Source of the DNA: an uncultured Actinomycetota bacterium
Lineage (GTDB): Bacteria > Actinomycetota > Actinomycetes > Mycobacteriales > CADCTP01
Direction: 5' to 3'
DNA length: 64,000 nt
Assembly: GCA_963714145.1 (NCBI GenBank)
Contig: OY970235.1
Location: forward strand, 7,962,499-8,026,498
Shown here piece by piece: positions 8,687-16,975 of the stretch; within the stretch, counting starts at the first letter, position 1; each line of letters starts with the position of its first letter. Below the pieces are notes generated by a model. The model worked only from the letters and a program-made list of their open reading frames with translations, searched no databases and had not been told where the DNA came from. A program made the position numbers and the translations under genes.

Positions 8687-11600
8687 CCGAGGTGGCGCTG
8701 CTCCGGGTCTGCGGCCTGCCCGGGTCCGGATGGACAGTCGCGGCGGCGCCTGACCTGTTCGAGTTGGCCGGGGCGCTGGACGCCGGCGCCGAACGGCTGC
8801 GGGCCGACGCGACGGCGCTGGCGGCCCGGATCGGCGCCGAGCTGGTGCCCGGGCCGGAACTATCCACTGTGGATCGTGGGCGGGCACTCGCGGTCCGGCG
8901 GGCACTGCATACGACCGGCGATGCCCCCGCCGCCGACCTGGCCGCGGTCGCCGACCTTGCCGACTCGGTCCGACCCGGTCCGGTCGGGGCCGGGCAATCC
9001 GGCTGGGTCGGGGCCGGGCAGTCCGGCTGGGGCGGGCCTGGGCAGTCCGGCCCGGTCGGAGCCGGGCGATCTGGCCGGGTCGGGCCTGGGGAGTCCGGCC
9101 GGTCCGGTCCGGTCGGGGCTGAGCTGATCGGTCCGGTCGGGCCCGGGGCGGCCGAGCCGGGCCGGGCCGAGCCGCCCGGGCCGGTCGGGGTGGGGTTGGC
9201 CGGGTCTGAGCCGGTCGGCCTGGTTGCGGCCGGGTTGGCCGGGGCAGCGGGCGGTGAGGGCCCACTGGGTCAGGCGTTGCGCGGGCTGGCTGAGCGGCAG
9301 CACGCGCTCGCCGCGGCGGTGGAGCGGTTCGACGCCGCGGTCGAGGCGGCCCAGACCGGGTGGCTCGGCGCCGCCTGGCAGGTGGTCGGCGAGTCGGCGA
9401 CGGCTCGGCGGGCGGTCCGGGCGGCGAATCCGCTGGCGCTGGCCGATATCGCCGCGCGGCTGGCTGCGGGTGAGCCGTGGACCGGGAAGCGGTTGCGGCA
9501 GCGGGCCGACTACCTGTGGCGGCTGGCGACCCGGGGCAGTACCCGGGCCACCCCACGCGGCTGGCTCGGCCACCTGGCGCTGCTCCCGATCGACCCGGCC
9601 ATCCCGGCCGGGCCGCTGCCGCCGCTGCTGCCGGAGTACGCGATCGAGCAGGCCGGGAACCTGCACGTAGCGGCGCTGGCCGGCCTGGCCGCGGACTCGG
9701 TGTTGACGGTCGCGCCGCTGCACCGGTCCGGCGCCGGTCAGAGCCGGTTCTGGGTGGTCCGGCCGGAGGAACCGTCCCGGCTGATCGAGCTGACCGTCCG
9801 GACCACGCCGGTGCTGGCGGCGATCGTCCGCGCGCTGCGCGAGCGGCCGTTGACCACCAACCAGCTCTGGTCCGAAGTGGACGGGCCGGCGCTGCCGCGC
9901 CGGGAGGTGTTCGACGGGTTCGTCCGGCACCTTGTCGGGCTGGGCGTGCTGGCCGCTGCCGCCCGACCCGGCTGGACGGTGCACGGCTGGCGCCCCTGGC
10001 CGGCCGACCCGCTGGCTGAGCCGGCGACCGGGCCGCTGGCTGAGTCGTCGGCCGACTCGCCGGCTGGGCCGTTGGCTGAGCCGTTGGCCAACCCGTCGGC
10101 CCGGTCGTTGGCTGAGTTGCCGGCCGGGCCGTTGGCCGACCCGTCCGTCGGGCCGTTGGCTGAGCCACTGACGAACCCGCCGGCCGAGCCGTCGGCCGAC
10201 CCGCCGGCTGGGCCGTTGGCTGACCGGTCGGTCGGGCCGCTGGCTGAGCTGGCGGTCGAGCCGCCGGCCGGGTCGTTGGCCGACCCGTCGGCCGGGCTGG
10301 CGGTCGAGCCGGGTGGCTACGTCGATGTCTACCGGCGGGCGGCCGGCGGGCTGTCCCGGGCCACGTGCGCCGAGCTGGCGGAGCTGGTCGGCCTGGCGCT
10401 ACGGGTGCTGGCCGTGCTGGACAGCGAGCAGCCGCGACCCGCCGCGGGTCCTGACCTTCCGGACCCCGGCCCCGCGGAGCCGCGCCCGCTGCTGGAGCTG
10501 GTGGCCGCGGATGTCGCCGCCGAGCACGCCAGCGACCGTCCACTCCGGACCGAAGTGGACCCGGGGCATCACCATGACTGGCCGCCGGTCGAGGACCCGG
10601 AGTCGCCACCCGGCCGGCTGCTCGGCTGGCTGGCCGACCGGCTGGATGCCGGGCCGGTCGACGTCGACGCCAGCGTGCTCGACCGGAGCGCCCAGCTGGA
10701 CTGGCCGGCCGACTGCCTGATCCGTCCATTGTGGCCGGGCGCGGCCGGGCTGCGCGAGGTGCCGGACCGGCCGGGCGCGGCCGGGCCGCGGGCGGTGCTG
10801 GACCGGATCGAGCCGACCGGGCTGCTGGACGCCCGGTTCGGGCACGGGCTGGCGGCGCTGTTCGATGCCGGTGCCGCCCGGGCCGGCTGGTACCGGGAAT
10901 TCCTGCGTGCGGTGGAGGAGGCAGCTCGCGGTCGGTTCGTCGAGCTGCTCGCGCCGGCGCTGTCGGACCGGGCCGCGAACGCGGTGCGCCGGCCGCTGCA
11001 CACCAGCTACTGGACCGGTGACCCGGATCTGCTCCGCTACTGCCCGACTCCGCCCGGGCCGGCGCCGCGATTCATCCCGCTTGCCGATATCACCGTCCGG
11101 CAGGTGGCCGGCGCGCCGGTGGTGGTGGCCGGCAGCGAGCCGATCTGGCCCGTCTACCACGCCACCCGCCAGCTACCGCCGCCCTGGGACGCGTTGGCCC
11201 GGAGGCTGCTCGGCGCCGGGCCGGCACCACCTCGGTCCCGCTGGCGCTCGCTGCGGTACTCGCTGCCGGCGTGGCCGGGGCGTGACTTCGTCCCGCGGAT
11301 CACTGTCGGCGCCGGCGCGCTGGTGCTGACGTGTGCGCAGTGGCGGGTCCGGCCGGGCGATCTCTGGCCGGCCACGGCCCCGCTGGCCGCGAAGGTGCGG
11401 GCGCTCGACCGGCTGCGCCGCCGGCTCGAACTACCGCGGTGGATCACCGCCGCGACCTCGGTGCACGACGAGCCGACCGCCTGCGACCTGCTCAGCCTGC
11501 AGGCGGTCGCGGTGCTCGACCGGCTGCTGCGGCACCGGGTGGAAGCGCTTTACCTTGCCGAGATGCTGCCGTCCCCGCCGCAGTTCCCGGTGTCCGACCA

Positions 11601-11733
11601 GGCCGCCGGATCGGGCCGCAGCCAGGCCGAACTGCTGTTCCGGCTGCCGCTCGGTGCCTCGCCCACCGCGATGGCCGCCCGCGCGGCCGCCGCCTATCAG
11701 AGCCGGGCCGCGCCGCTCGTGCCGGCCCGCTGA
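8674..11733 (+). CDS. lanB: Split LanB, glutamylation-domain lanthipeptide dehydratase (Lant_dehydr_N-like) with two low-complexity insertions
   Basis: N-terminus VALLRVCGLP...RALAVRRALH and C-terminal ...LPRWITAATSVHDEPTACDLLSLQAVAVLDRLL are typical of the LanB N-domain, and no SpaB_C-like end is present. GTG 8674 or GTG 8683 (GTGA overlap with the upstream stop) could be the start. Confidence 0.8.
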   Translation: MGPVTEVALLRVCGLPGSGWTVAAAPDLFELAGALDAGAERLRADATALAARIGAELVPGPELSTVDRGRALAVRRALHTTGDAPAADLAAVADLADSVRPGPVGAGQSGWVGAGQSGWGGPGQSGPVGAGRSGRVGPGESGRSGPVGAELIGPVGPGAAEPGRAEPPGPVGVGLAGSEPVGLVAAGLAGAAGGEGPLGQALRGLAERQHALAAAVERFDAAVEAAQTGWLGAAWQVVGESATARRAVRAANPLALADIAARLAAGEPWTGKRLRQRADYLWRLATRGSTRATPRGWLGHLALLPIDPAIPAGPLPPLLPEYAIEQAGNLHVAALAGLAADSVLTVAPLHRSGAGQSRFWVVRPEEPSRLIELTVRTTPVLAAIVRALRERPLTTNQLWSEVDGPALPRREVFDGFVRHLVGLGVLAAAARPGWTVHGWRPWPADPLAEPATGPLAESSADSPAGPLAEPLANPSARSLAELPAGPLADPSVGPLAEPLTNPPAEPSADPPAGPLADRSVGPLAELAVEPPAGSLADPSAGLAVEPGGYVDVYRRAAGGLSRATCAELAELVGLALRVLAVLDSEQPRPAAGPDLPDPGPAEPRPLLELVAADVAAEHASDRPLRTEVDPGHHHDWPPVEDPESPPGRLLGWLADRLDAGPVDVDASVLDRSAQLDWPADCLIRPLWPGAAGLREVPDRPGAAGPRAVLDRIEPTGLLDARFGHGLAALFDAGAARAGWYREFLRAVEEAARGRFVELLAPALSDRAANAVRRPLHTSYWTGDPDLLRYCPTPPGPAPRFIPLADITVRQVAGAPVVVAGSEPIWPVYHATRQLPPPWDALARRLLGAGPAPPRSRWRSLRYSLPAWPGRDFVPRITVGAGALVLTCAQWRVRPGDLWPATAPLAAKVRALDRLRRRLELPRWITAATSVHDEPTACDLLSLQAVAVLDRLLRHRVEALYLAEMLPSPPQFPVSDQAAGSGRSQAELLFRLPLGASPTAMAARAAAAYQSRAAPLVPAR
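8983..9105 (+). repeat. Five in-frame 24-bp tandem units (VGAGQSGW-type)
   Basis: gtcggggccgggcaatccggctgg repeated with small changes; it encodes VGAGQSGW VGAGQSGW GGPGQSGP VGAGRSGR VGPGESGR. Confidence 0.9.
10008..10305 (+). repeat. About 300-bp in-frame low-complexity array (PLAE/PxAGPLA-type units)
   Basis: Encodes PLAEPATGPLAESSADSPAGPLAEPLANPSARSLAELPAGPLADPSVGPLAEPLTNPPAEPSADPPAGPLADRSVGPLAELAVEPPAGSLADPSAG. Confidence 0.85.
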
Positions 11734-11762
11734 TCCACCGGCGAAGGGAGGAGCACCCACCT

Positions 11763-11777
11763 CGTCCACTGTGGACG
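11763..11777. promoter_or_regulatory. Perfect 15-bp interrupted palindrome CGTCCAC-T-GTGGACG in the lanB-lanA intergenic region (candidate operator)
   Basis: Read directly. It lies 60 nt upstream of the precursor ATG and is a member of the over-represented CCACWGTGG family (see findings). Confidence 0.4.
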
Positions 11778-11836
11778 GAGTTGGCACCGAACCGGGCCGC
11801 TCGAACGGGCGGCCCAGTCACTCGAGGAGGAGCACC

Positions 11837-12001
11837 ATGCCGCCGACCACCGACCTGACCCCCAGCGTCCCGGTCGACTCCATCGAAGCACTGATCGCCG
11901 AGCTGGAGGCGCAGACCGAGCGCGAGGTCCCGCTCAGCGACATCACGGACCCCTGGCCGTCCGAGATCTGCACCGGCCGCTTCACCTGCGTCCCGCGCTA
12001 A
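11837..12001 (+). CDS. lanA: Lanthipeptide-type precursor peptide (54 aa)
   Basis: GAGGAGGAG RBS 4-5 nt before the ATG. Sequence MPPTTDLTPSVPVDSIEALIAELEAQTEREVPLSDITDPWPSEICTGRFTCVPR. It has an acidic helical leader and a Ser/Thr/Cys-containing C-terminus, and it sits between the dehydratase and the cyclase. Confidence 0.7.
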   Translation: MPPTTDLTPSVPVDSIEALIAELEAQTEREVPLSDITDPWPSEICTGRFTCVPR

Positions 12002-12086
12002 CCGGACCGACCCGCCGGCGCGTCGGCTGGGCCCACACCCAGCCGGCGCGCCGGCTCCACCAGGGAGCACTCATGCCGGTCCCGAG

Positions 12087-13352
12087 GTGCCGAACGGTTG
12101 CCGCCGGCCCGACCCGTACCGCCGCGGCCGGCCGGAAGCGCCGACCGTGATCCGCGCCGGCGCGACCGACGGGGGTATATCGACCGGCGGCAGTACCGGG
12201 CACGGCTCCGGTGCCAACGGCGGTGGCCGGCAGTTGGGCCTGCCGGATGCCGATCTGGCCGGCGTCGTGGCGGAGGTCGCCATCGGTCCGGGGCTGCGGC
12301 AGACCGGCGACGCGGGAGTCGGCGTGCTGCTCGGGTTGGTCAGGACGGAACTGCCGGTGCGGCAGGCGTTGCTGGCCGAGTGGCTCGGTGGGCTGCGCGC
12401 CGGGGCCGCCGGCGGTGGGCTGTTCGGCGGTGGGTCGGCCGGGCACGCCGTCGGGCTGGCGTACGCGGCCGAGGCCGAGCCGAGGCTGGCCGGGTTGGCC
12501 ACCCGCCGGCGGGCGGCGTTGGCCGGCTGGGCCGGCGCGAGCCCGTGGCGCGGCGATGCGGTCGGCTGGGCCGACTATGACCTGATGACCGGGCCGGCGG
12601 GGGTGCTGCTCGCGCTGGCCAGCCTGCCGGCGCCCGCGCCGGCCGAGATCCGCCCGCTGGCCGAGCACCTCGCCGGCCTGACCGGCGACCTGGACCGGTT
12701 GCGGGTGCGGCGGCATGCCGGTGACGGTCAGGCCGCCCAACTCGGCCACCTCGACCACGGCCTGGCCCACGGCCTCGCCGGCGTCGTGGCCGCAATGACC
12801 GCTGCCGCCCGGCTGTTCGGACCCGAACCGCCCGGGTTGCGCCGGGCCGCGCACCGGCTCCGTGCGACGTCCTATGTGGACAGTACCGGCGTAGCGAGCT
12901 GGCCGCCGAGCAGCGCCGGGGCCGACCCGTCCCGTCCGGTCCACCGGCAGGCCTGGTGCTACGGCGCGCCGGGCGTTGCCTGGGCGCTCTGGGATGCCGG
13001 CCAGCTGTTGGGCGATGCCGAGCTGACCGGCCTCGCGGCCGCGGCGATGGCCAGCCTCTGCGCGGCCTGGGACGACGACCGCTACCTCTACGGCGAGCTG
13101 GGCGACCGGCTCGGCGTCTGTCACGGCGCGGCCGGTGTTCTCGCCGTCGCCGACGCGTTCGCCCGGCACGCCGGGCACCAGCCAGCGGCCGGGCTGCGTA
13201 CCCACCTGCGCGGCCGGATTGACCCGGACCGCATCGCCGAGCTCGGCCGTACCGACCTGACCATGCTCAACGGCGCGGCCGGCGTGCTGACTGTGCTGAC
13301 CACTGTGGACGGTGGCCGGCGCGACTGGCTGCCGGTGCTGGGGCTGCGATGA
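12087..13352 (+). CDS. lanC: LanC-type lanthipeptide cyclase
   Basis: GLAHGLAG, WCYGAPGVAWAL and CHGAAGVL motifs (Zn ligands Cys/Cys/His). The true start is uncertain (GTG 12087 or a later GTG). The stop overlaps the next ATG (ATGA). Confidence 0.9.
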   Translation: MPNGCRRPDPYRRGRPEAPTVIRAGATDGGISTGGSTGHGSGANGGGRQLGLPDADLAGVVAEVAIGPGLRQTGDAGVGVLLGLVRTELPVRQALLAEWLGGLRAGAAGGGLFGGGSAGHAVGLAYAAEAEPRLAGLATRRRAALAGWAGASPWRGDAVGWADYDLMTGPAGVLLALASLPAPAPAEIRPLAEHLAGLTGDLDRLRVRRHAGDGQAAQLGHLDHGLAHGLAGVVAAMTAAARLFGPEPPGLRRAAHRLRATSYVDSTGVASWPPSSAGADPSRPVHRQAWCYGAPGVAWALWDAGQLLGDAELTGLAAAAMASLCAAWDDDRYLYGELGDRLGVCHGAAGVLAVADAFARHAGHQPAAGLRTHLRGRIDPDRIAELGRTDLTMLNGAAGVLTVLTTVDGGRRDWLPVLGLR

Positions 13353-15112
13353 CCGCGGTACTGCGGATGCTGCTCGCCGTCTCCCGCCGGAAAGTGGCGG
13401 CACTCGCGGTGGTCGTGCTGGTGCAGGCGCTCGCCCCGGTCGCGGCGGTGGTCGCGGTCGGGCACCTGCTCGGTGCGGTGGTCGCGCTGCGCACCGATCC
13501 GGGCGCGCCCGGCCGGGCCTGGCTCGCGTTCGCGCTGCTGGCTGCCGCCTGGCTGGCCGATCAGCTGGCCCAGTTCGCCGGCGCGGCGCTCACCGCCCGG
13601 CTGAGCCGGCTGGTGGCCGAGCACATCACCGGCGCGGTGCTGGCGGCCAGCCTCCACCCGGTCGGCATCGGTCACCTGGAGGATCCGGCGCGGGCCGATC
13701 AGTTCAGCCTGGCCCAGGGGCTCGGCGCCGGCAGCTTCCCGCCGGCCGCCGCGGTAGCCGCGCTGACCCAGGTGGCGGTGATCCGGCTGCAGGCGCTGGC
13801 CACGGCGGTGACGCTGGCCAGCGTGCTCTGGTGGGCGCCGCTGCCGCTGATTCTCGGCTGGGTACTGCTCGGCCGGCGCGTCGCCGGGCAACTCCGCGAG
13901 CAGGTGCGGGCGGTACAGGCGGAGACCGCGGCGCTGCGCCAGGCGACCTACTTCCGCACGCTCGGCCTGGACCTCGGCGCCGCCAAGGAGGTCCGGGTCT
14001 TCGGCCTCGGCGGCTGGCTGGCCGACCGGTTCACCGCCTGCTGGCAGGCCGGCATGGGTGAACTGCTCCGCCGCCGGGACAGCCGGCTGCCGCTGGCCTG
14101 GCGGACCGCGCTGCTGGTCGGCAGCTACGCGGCGGTGCTGACCGTCCTGGTGGACGCCACGCTGGCCGGTCGGGTGTCGATCACCGGGTTGACCATCGCG
14201 ATCCCGGCCGCGATCGCGATGTCCGGCTTCGGGTGGAGCGGGGATCCACAGTGGACGCTCGCCGGCGCGGCGCCGGCCATCCAGCAGGCGCTGGCACTGT
14301 CCGAGCCGGCGCCGCCGCGCGCCGGTCGTGACCCGGACGGGCCGCGGGTCGGCATCCGGTTCGAGGACGTCAGCTTCGGCTACCCCGGCCGCCCGGACCG
14401 ACCGGCGGACCGGCTGAACCTGTGCATCCCGGCCGGCCAGTCGCTGGCCATCGTCGGCGCGAACGGAGCCGGCAAGACCACCCTCATCAAGCTGCTGGCC
14501 CGGCTGTACGAGCCGGCCGCGGGCCGGATCACGGTCGACGACGTCGATCTGCGCGAGCTGGACGCGGCCGGCTGGCGCCGCCAGCTCGCCATCGTCTTCC
14601 AGGACTTCCTCCGGCTGGAGCTGACCGCCCGCGACAACGTCGCATGTGGACGGTCCGGTACTCCGGTGGACGAGGCGGCGCTCGCCGCCGCCGCATCCGC
14701 GGCCGGTGCCGCGGACCTGATCGCGACGCTGCCGCAGGGCTGGGACACCGTGCTGTCCCGCCGGTTCGGCGACACCGAGCTGTCCGGCGGCCAGTGGCAG
14801 AAGCTGGCGCTGGCCCGGGCGCTCTACGCGGTGCGGCTCGGCGCCCGGGTGCTTGTCCTGGACGAGCCGACCGCGCAGCTGGACGCGGCGGCCGAGGCCG
14901 AGCTCTACGCGCGGTACCTGGAGCTCACCCGCGGGCTGACCACCGTGCTGGTCTCGCACCGGTTCAACACGGTCCGGCTGGCCGACCGGATCGTGGTGCT
15001 CGCCGGCGGCCGCATCGTCGAGGACGGCAGCCACGACGAGCTGATCCGAGCCGGTGACTGGTACGCCCGGATGTTCCGGCTGCAGGCCGACCGGCTCGCG
15101 GCGTCCACATGA
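13349..15112 (+). CDS. ABC exporter, fused permease/ATPase
   Basis: Six-TM-like N-terminal half. Walker A GANGAGKTT, signature LSGGQWQ, Walker B LVLDEPTA. ATGA coupling at both ends. Confidence 0.9.
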   Translation: MTAVLRMLLAVSRRKVAALAVVVLVQALAPVAAVVAVGHLLGAVVALRTDPGAPGRAWLAFALLAAAWLADQLAQFAGAALTARLSRLVAEHITGAVLAASLHPVGIGHLEDPARADQFSLAQGLGAGSFPPAAAVAALTQVAVIRLQALATAVTLASVLWWAPLPLILGWVLLGRRVAGQLREQVRAVQAETAALRQATYFRTLGLDLGAAKEVRVFGLGGWLADRFTACWQAGMGELLRRRDSRLPLAWRTALLVGSYAAVLTVLVDATLAGRVSITGLTIAIPAAIAMSGFGWSGDPQWTLAGAAPAIQQALALSEPAPPRAGRDPDGPRVGIRFEDVSFGYPGRPDRPADRLNLCIPAGQSLAIVGANGAGKTTLIKLLARLYEPAAGRITVDDVDLRELDAAGWRRQLAIVFQDFLRLELTARDNVACGRSGTPVDEAALAAAASAAGAADLIATLPQGWDTVLSRRFGDTELSGGQWQKLALARALYAVRLGARVLVLDEPTAQLDAAAEAELYARYLELTRGLTTVLVSHRFNTVRLADRIVVLAGGRIVEDGSHDELIRAGDWYARMFRLQADRLAAST

Positions 15113-16923
15113 GACTCGAATGGCTGCGGTTGTGGTCCGCGCTGCTGCGGCTGGCGCTGCGGGCCGATCGGCGGCGCGCGGTCACCGTGCTGCTGCTGGC
15201 CCCGCTGGCCGGCGCGGCGATCGGCGCTCCGGCGCTGGCTCTGAAATGGACAGTCGACGCGGTGGTCCGCGGCGATCGGGGGCAGGCGTTCGCGGCGGCG
15301 GCGGCGTTGGCCGGCGCCGTCGTCGCCGTCTCGCTGCTGGGCACCGCGGCCACCAGTGTCCGGCTGGCCCTGCAGCAGCAGGCCGGGCAGGCGCTGGACC
15401 GGCACCTGATCGAACTGTGCACCGGCATCCCCGGCCTGGACCGGCACGAGGATCCGGCCTTCCAGGACCGGCTGGAGATCCTGCACCGCAACCGGGACGT
15501 GCTCGCGTCCGCGATCAGCAGCCTGCTGGAGAACCTCCGCACCGGCGCCCGGCTGGTGTCGATGGTCGTCCTGCTCGCCGGTATCGACCTGCGACTGCTG
15601 CTGCTCCCGCTGTTCGCGCTGCCCACGGTGCTGGCGGCCGGCGCCGGGCAGCGGCTGCAGCGCCGCTGCGACGAGGAGATCGCCGCGCCGAGCCGGCTGC
15701 GTGGCTGGCTGTTCACCCTCGGCAGCACCGCCGGCCCGGCCAAGGAACTGCGCGTCTACAACCTGGCGGACGAGCTGACCCGCCGGCACGATCGCCTGCA
15801 GCAGGCGGTGAACGACCGCGACCAGTCCACCGCGATACGCGTCGCCGCGCTGGAGTTCGCCGGCTGGACGGTCTTCTGCGCCGGCATTCTCGGCGCGGTG
15901 GCGCTGGTACTGCACCGGGCCGTCCACGGCACGGCCACGGCCGGCGACGTCGTGCTGCTGGTCACGCTGGCTACCCAGGTGGACAGCACGGTCGCCACCG
16001 CCGCCCGCGCTGTCCAGTGGCTGCGCCGCGCCAGTTGGGCCGGCAGCCACTACCGCTGGTTGATCGGCGAGGCCGGCCCGTCCGGGTCGGTCGCCGGGCC
16101 GGCCCCGGAACCGGGCGAACTGGTCTTCGACCGGGTCACGTTCGGCTACCCGGGCCGGGAGCAGCCGGTGCTGCGGGAGGTGTCGCTGCGCATCCCGGCC
16201 GGCGCCACCGTAGCGCTGGTCGGTGCGAACGGCGCCGGCAAGTCCACAGTGGTCAAACTGCTCTGCCGGCTGTACGAGCCGACCAGCGGCCACATCCGCC
16301 TCGGCGGCCGGGACATCCGCGACTTTCCGCTGGACGCCTGGCGAGCCCGGATCACCGCCGCCTTCCAGGACTTCTACCGGTACGAGCTGCCGCTACGGGA
16401 CGGCGTCGGCATCGGCGACCTGTCCACTATGGACGATGCGGGCGCGGTCACCCGGGCGATCGCCCGGGCCGGCGCGACCGCGCTCGTGGACAGCCTGCCA
16501 GCCGGCGCGGCCACCCAGCTCGGCCGCAGCTACGCCGACGGCCAGGACCTCTCCGCCGGCCAGTGGCAACAGCTCGCCGTCGCCCGCGCGATGATGCGCG
16601 AACACCCGCTGCTCACCATCCTGGACGAACCCACCGCCAGCCTCGACCCGGCCGCCGAGCAGGCCCTGTTCGAGCGCTACGCCGCCGCGGCCGCCGACCC
16701 CACCAGCATCACCATCCTGGTCTCGCACCGCTTCTCCACCGTCCGCACCGCCGACCTGATCGTCGTCCTCGACTCCGGCCAGGTCCGCCAGTTCGGCACC
16801 CACCAACAACTCCTCGCCGAACCAGGCCCCTACGCCACCCTGGTAGCCCTGCACACCCGCGGCTTCGCCACTCCTGAAGCCACCGAGCCAGCCGCTGAGC
16901 CAACACCGCCGGTCCACCAGTAG
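15109..16923 (+). CDS. ABC exporter, fused permease/ATPase (probable heterodimer partner)
   Basis: Walker A GANGAGKST, signature LSAGQWQ, Walker B TILDEPTA. Confidence 0.9.
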   Translation: MRLEWLRLWSALLRLALRADRRRAVTVLLLAPLAGAAIGAPALALKWTVDAVVRGDRGQAFAAAAALAGAVVAVSLLGTAATSVRLALQQQAGQALDRHLIELCTGIPGLDRHEDPAFQDRLEILHRNRDVLASAISSLLENLRTGARLVSMVVLLAGIDLRLLLLPLFALPTVLAAGAGQRLQRRCDEEIAAPSRLRGWLFTLGSTAGPAKELRVYNLADELTRRHDRLQQAVNDRDQSTAIRVAALEFAGWTVFCAGILGAVALVLHRAVHGTATAGDVVLLVTLATQVDSTVATAARAVQWLRRASWAGSHYRWLIGEAGPSGSVAGPAPEPGELVFDRVTFGYPGREQPVLREVSLRIPAGATVALVGANGAGKSTVVKLLCRLYEPTSGHIRLGGRDIRDFPLDAWRARITAAFQDFYRYELPLRDGVGIGDLSTMDDAGAVTRAIARAGATALVDSLPAGAATQLGRSYADGQDLSAGQWQQLAVARAMMREHPLLTILDEPTASLDPAAEQALFERYAAAAADPTSITILVSHRFSTVRTADLIVVLDSGQVRQFGTHQQLLAEPGPYATLVALHTRGFATPEATEPAAEPTPPVHQ

Positions 16924-16975
16924 GGCCAGGGAGCAGCGGCCGGGATGCGGCCGGACACCGTCCACATGCGTCGCG

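Noticed and set aside
7427-10729. 1100-aa minus-strand ORF covering the lanB genes
   Set aside because: The composition is an Arg/Pro/Ala-rich shadow with no motifs. It lies antisense to two ORFs that carry clear LanB domain signatures and translational coupling, which makes it a typical high-GC antisense artefact.
12073-12150. 25-codon ORF (MPVPRCRTVAAGPTRTAAAGRKRRP) with a good AGGGAG RBS just after lanA, considered as a second precursor or leader peptide
   Set aside because: It has no leader/core organisation, is extremely basic, and overlaps the probable LanC start region out of frame. The RBS may instead serve LanC via a nearby alternative start. This remains unresolved but is not reportable as a gene.
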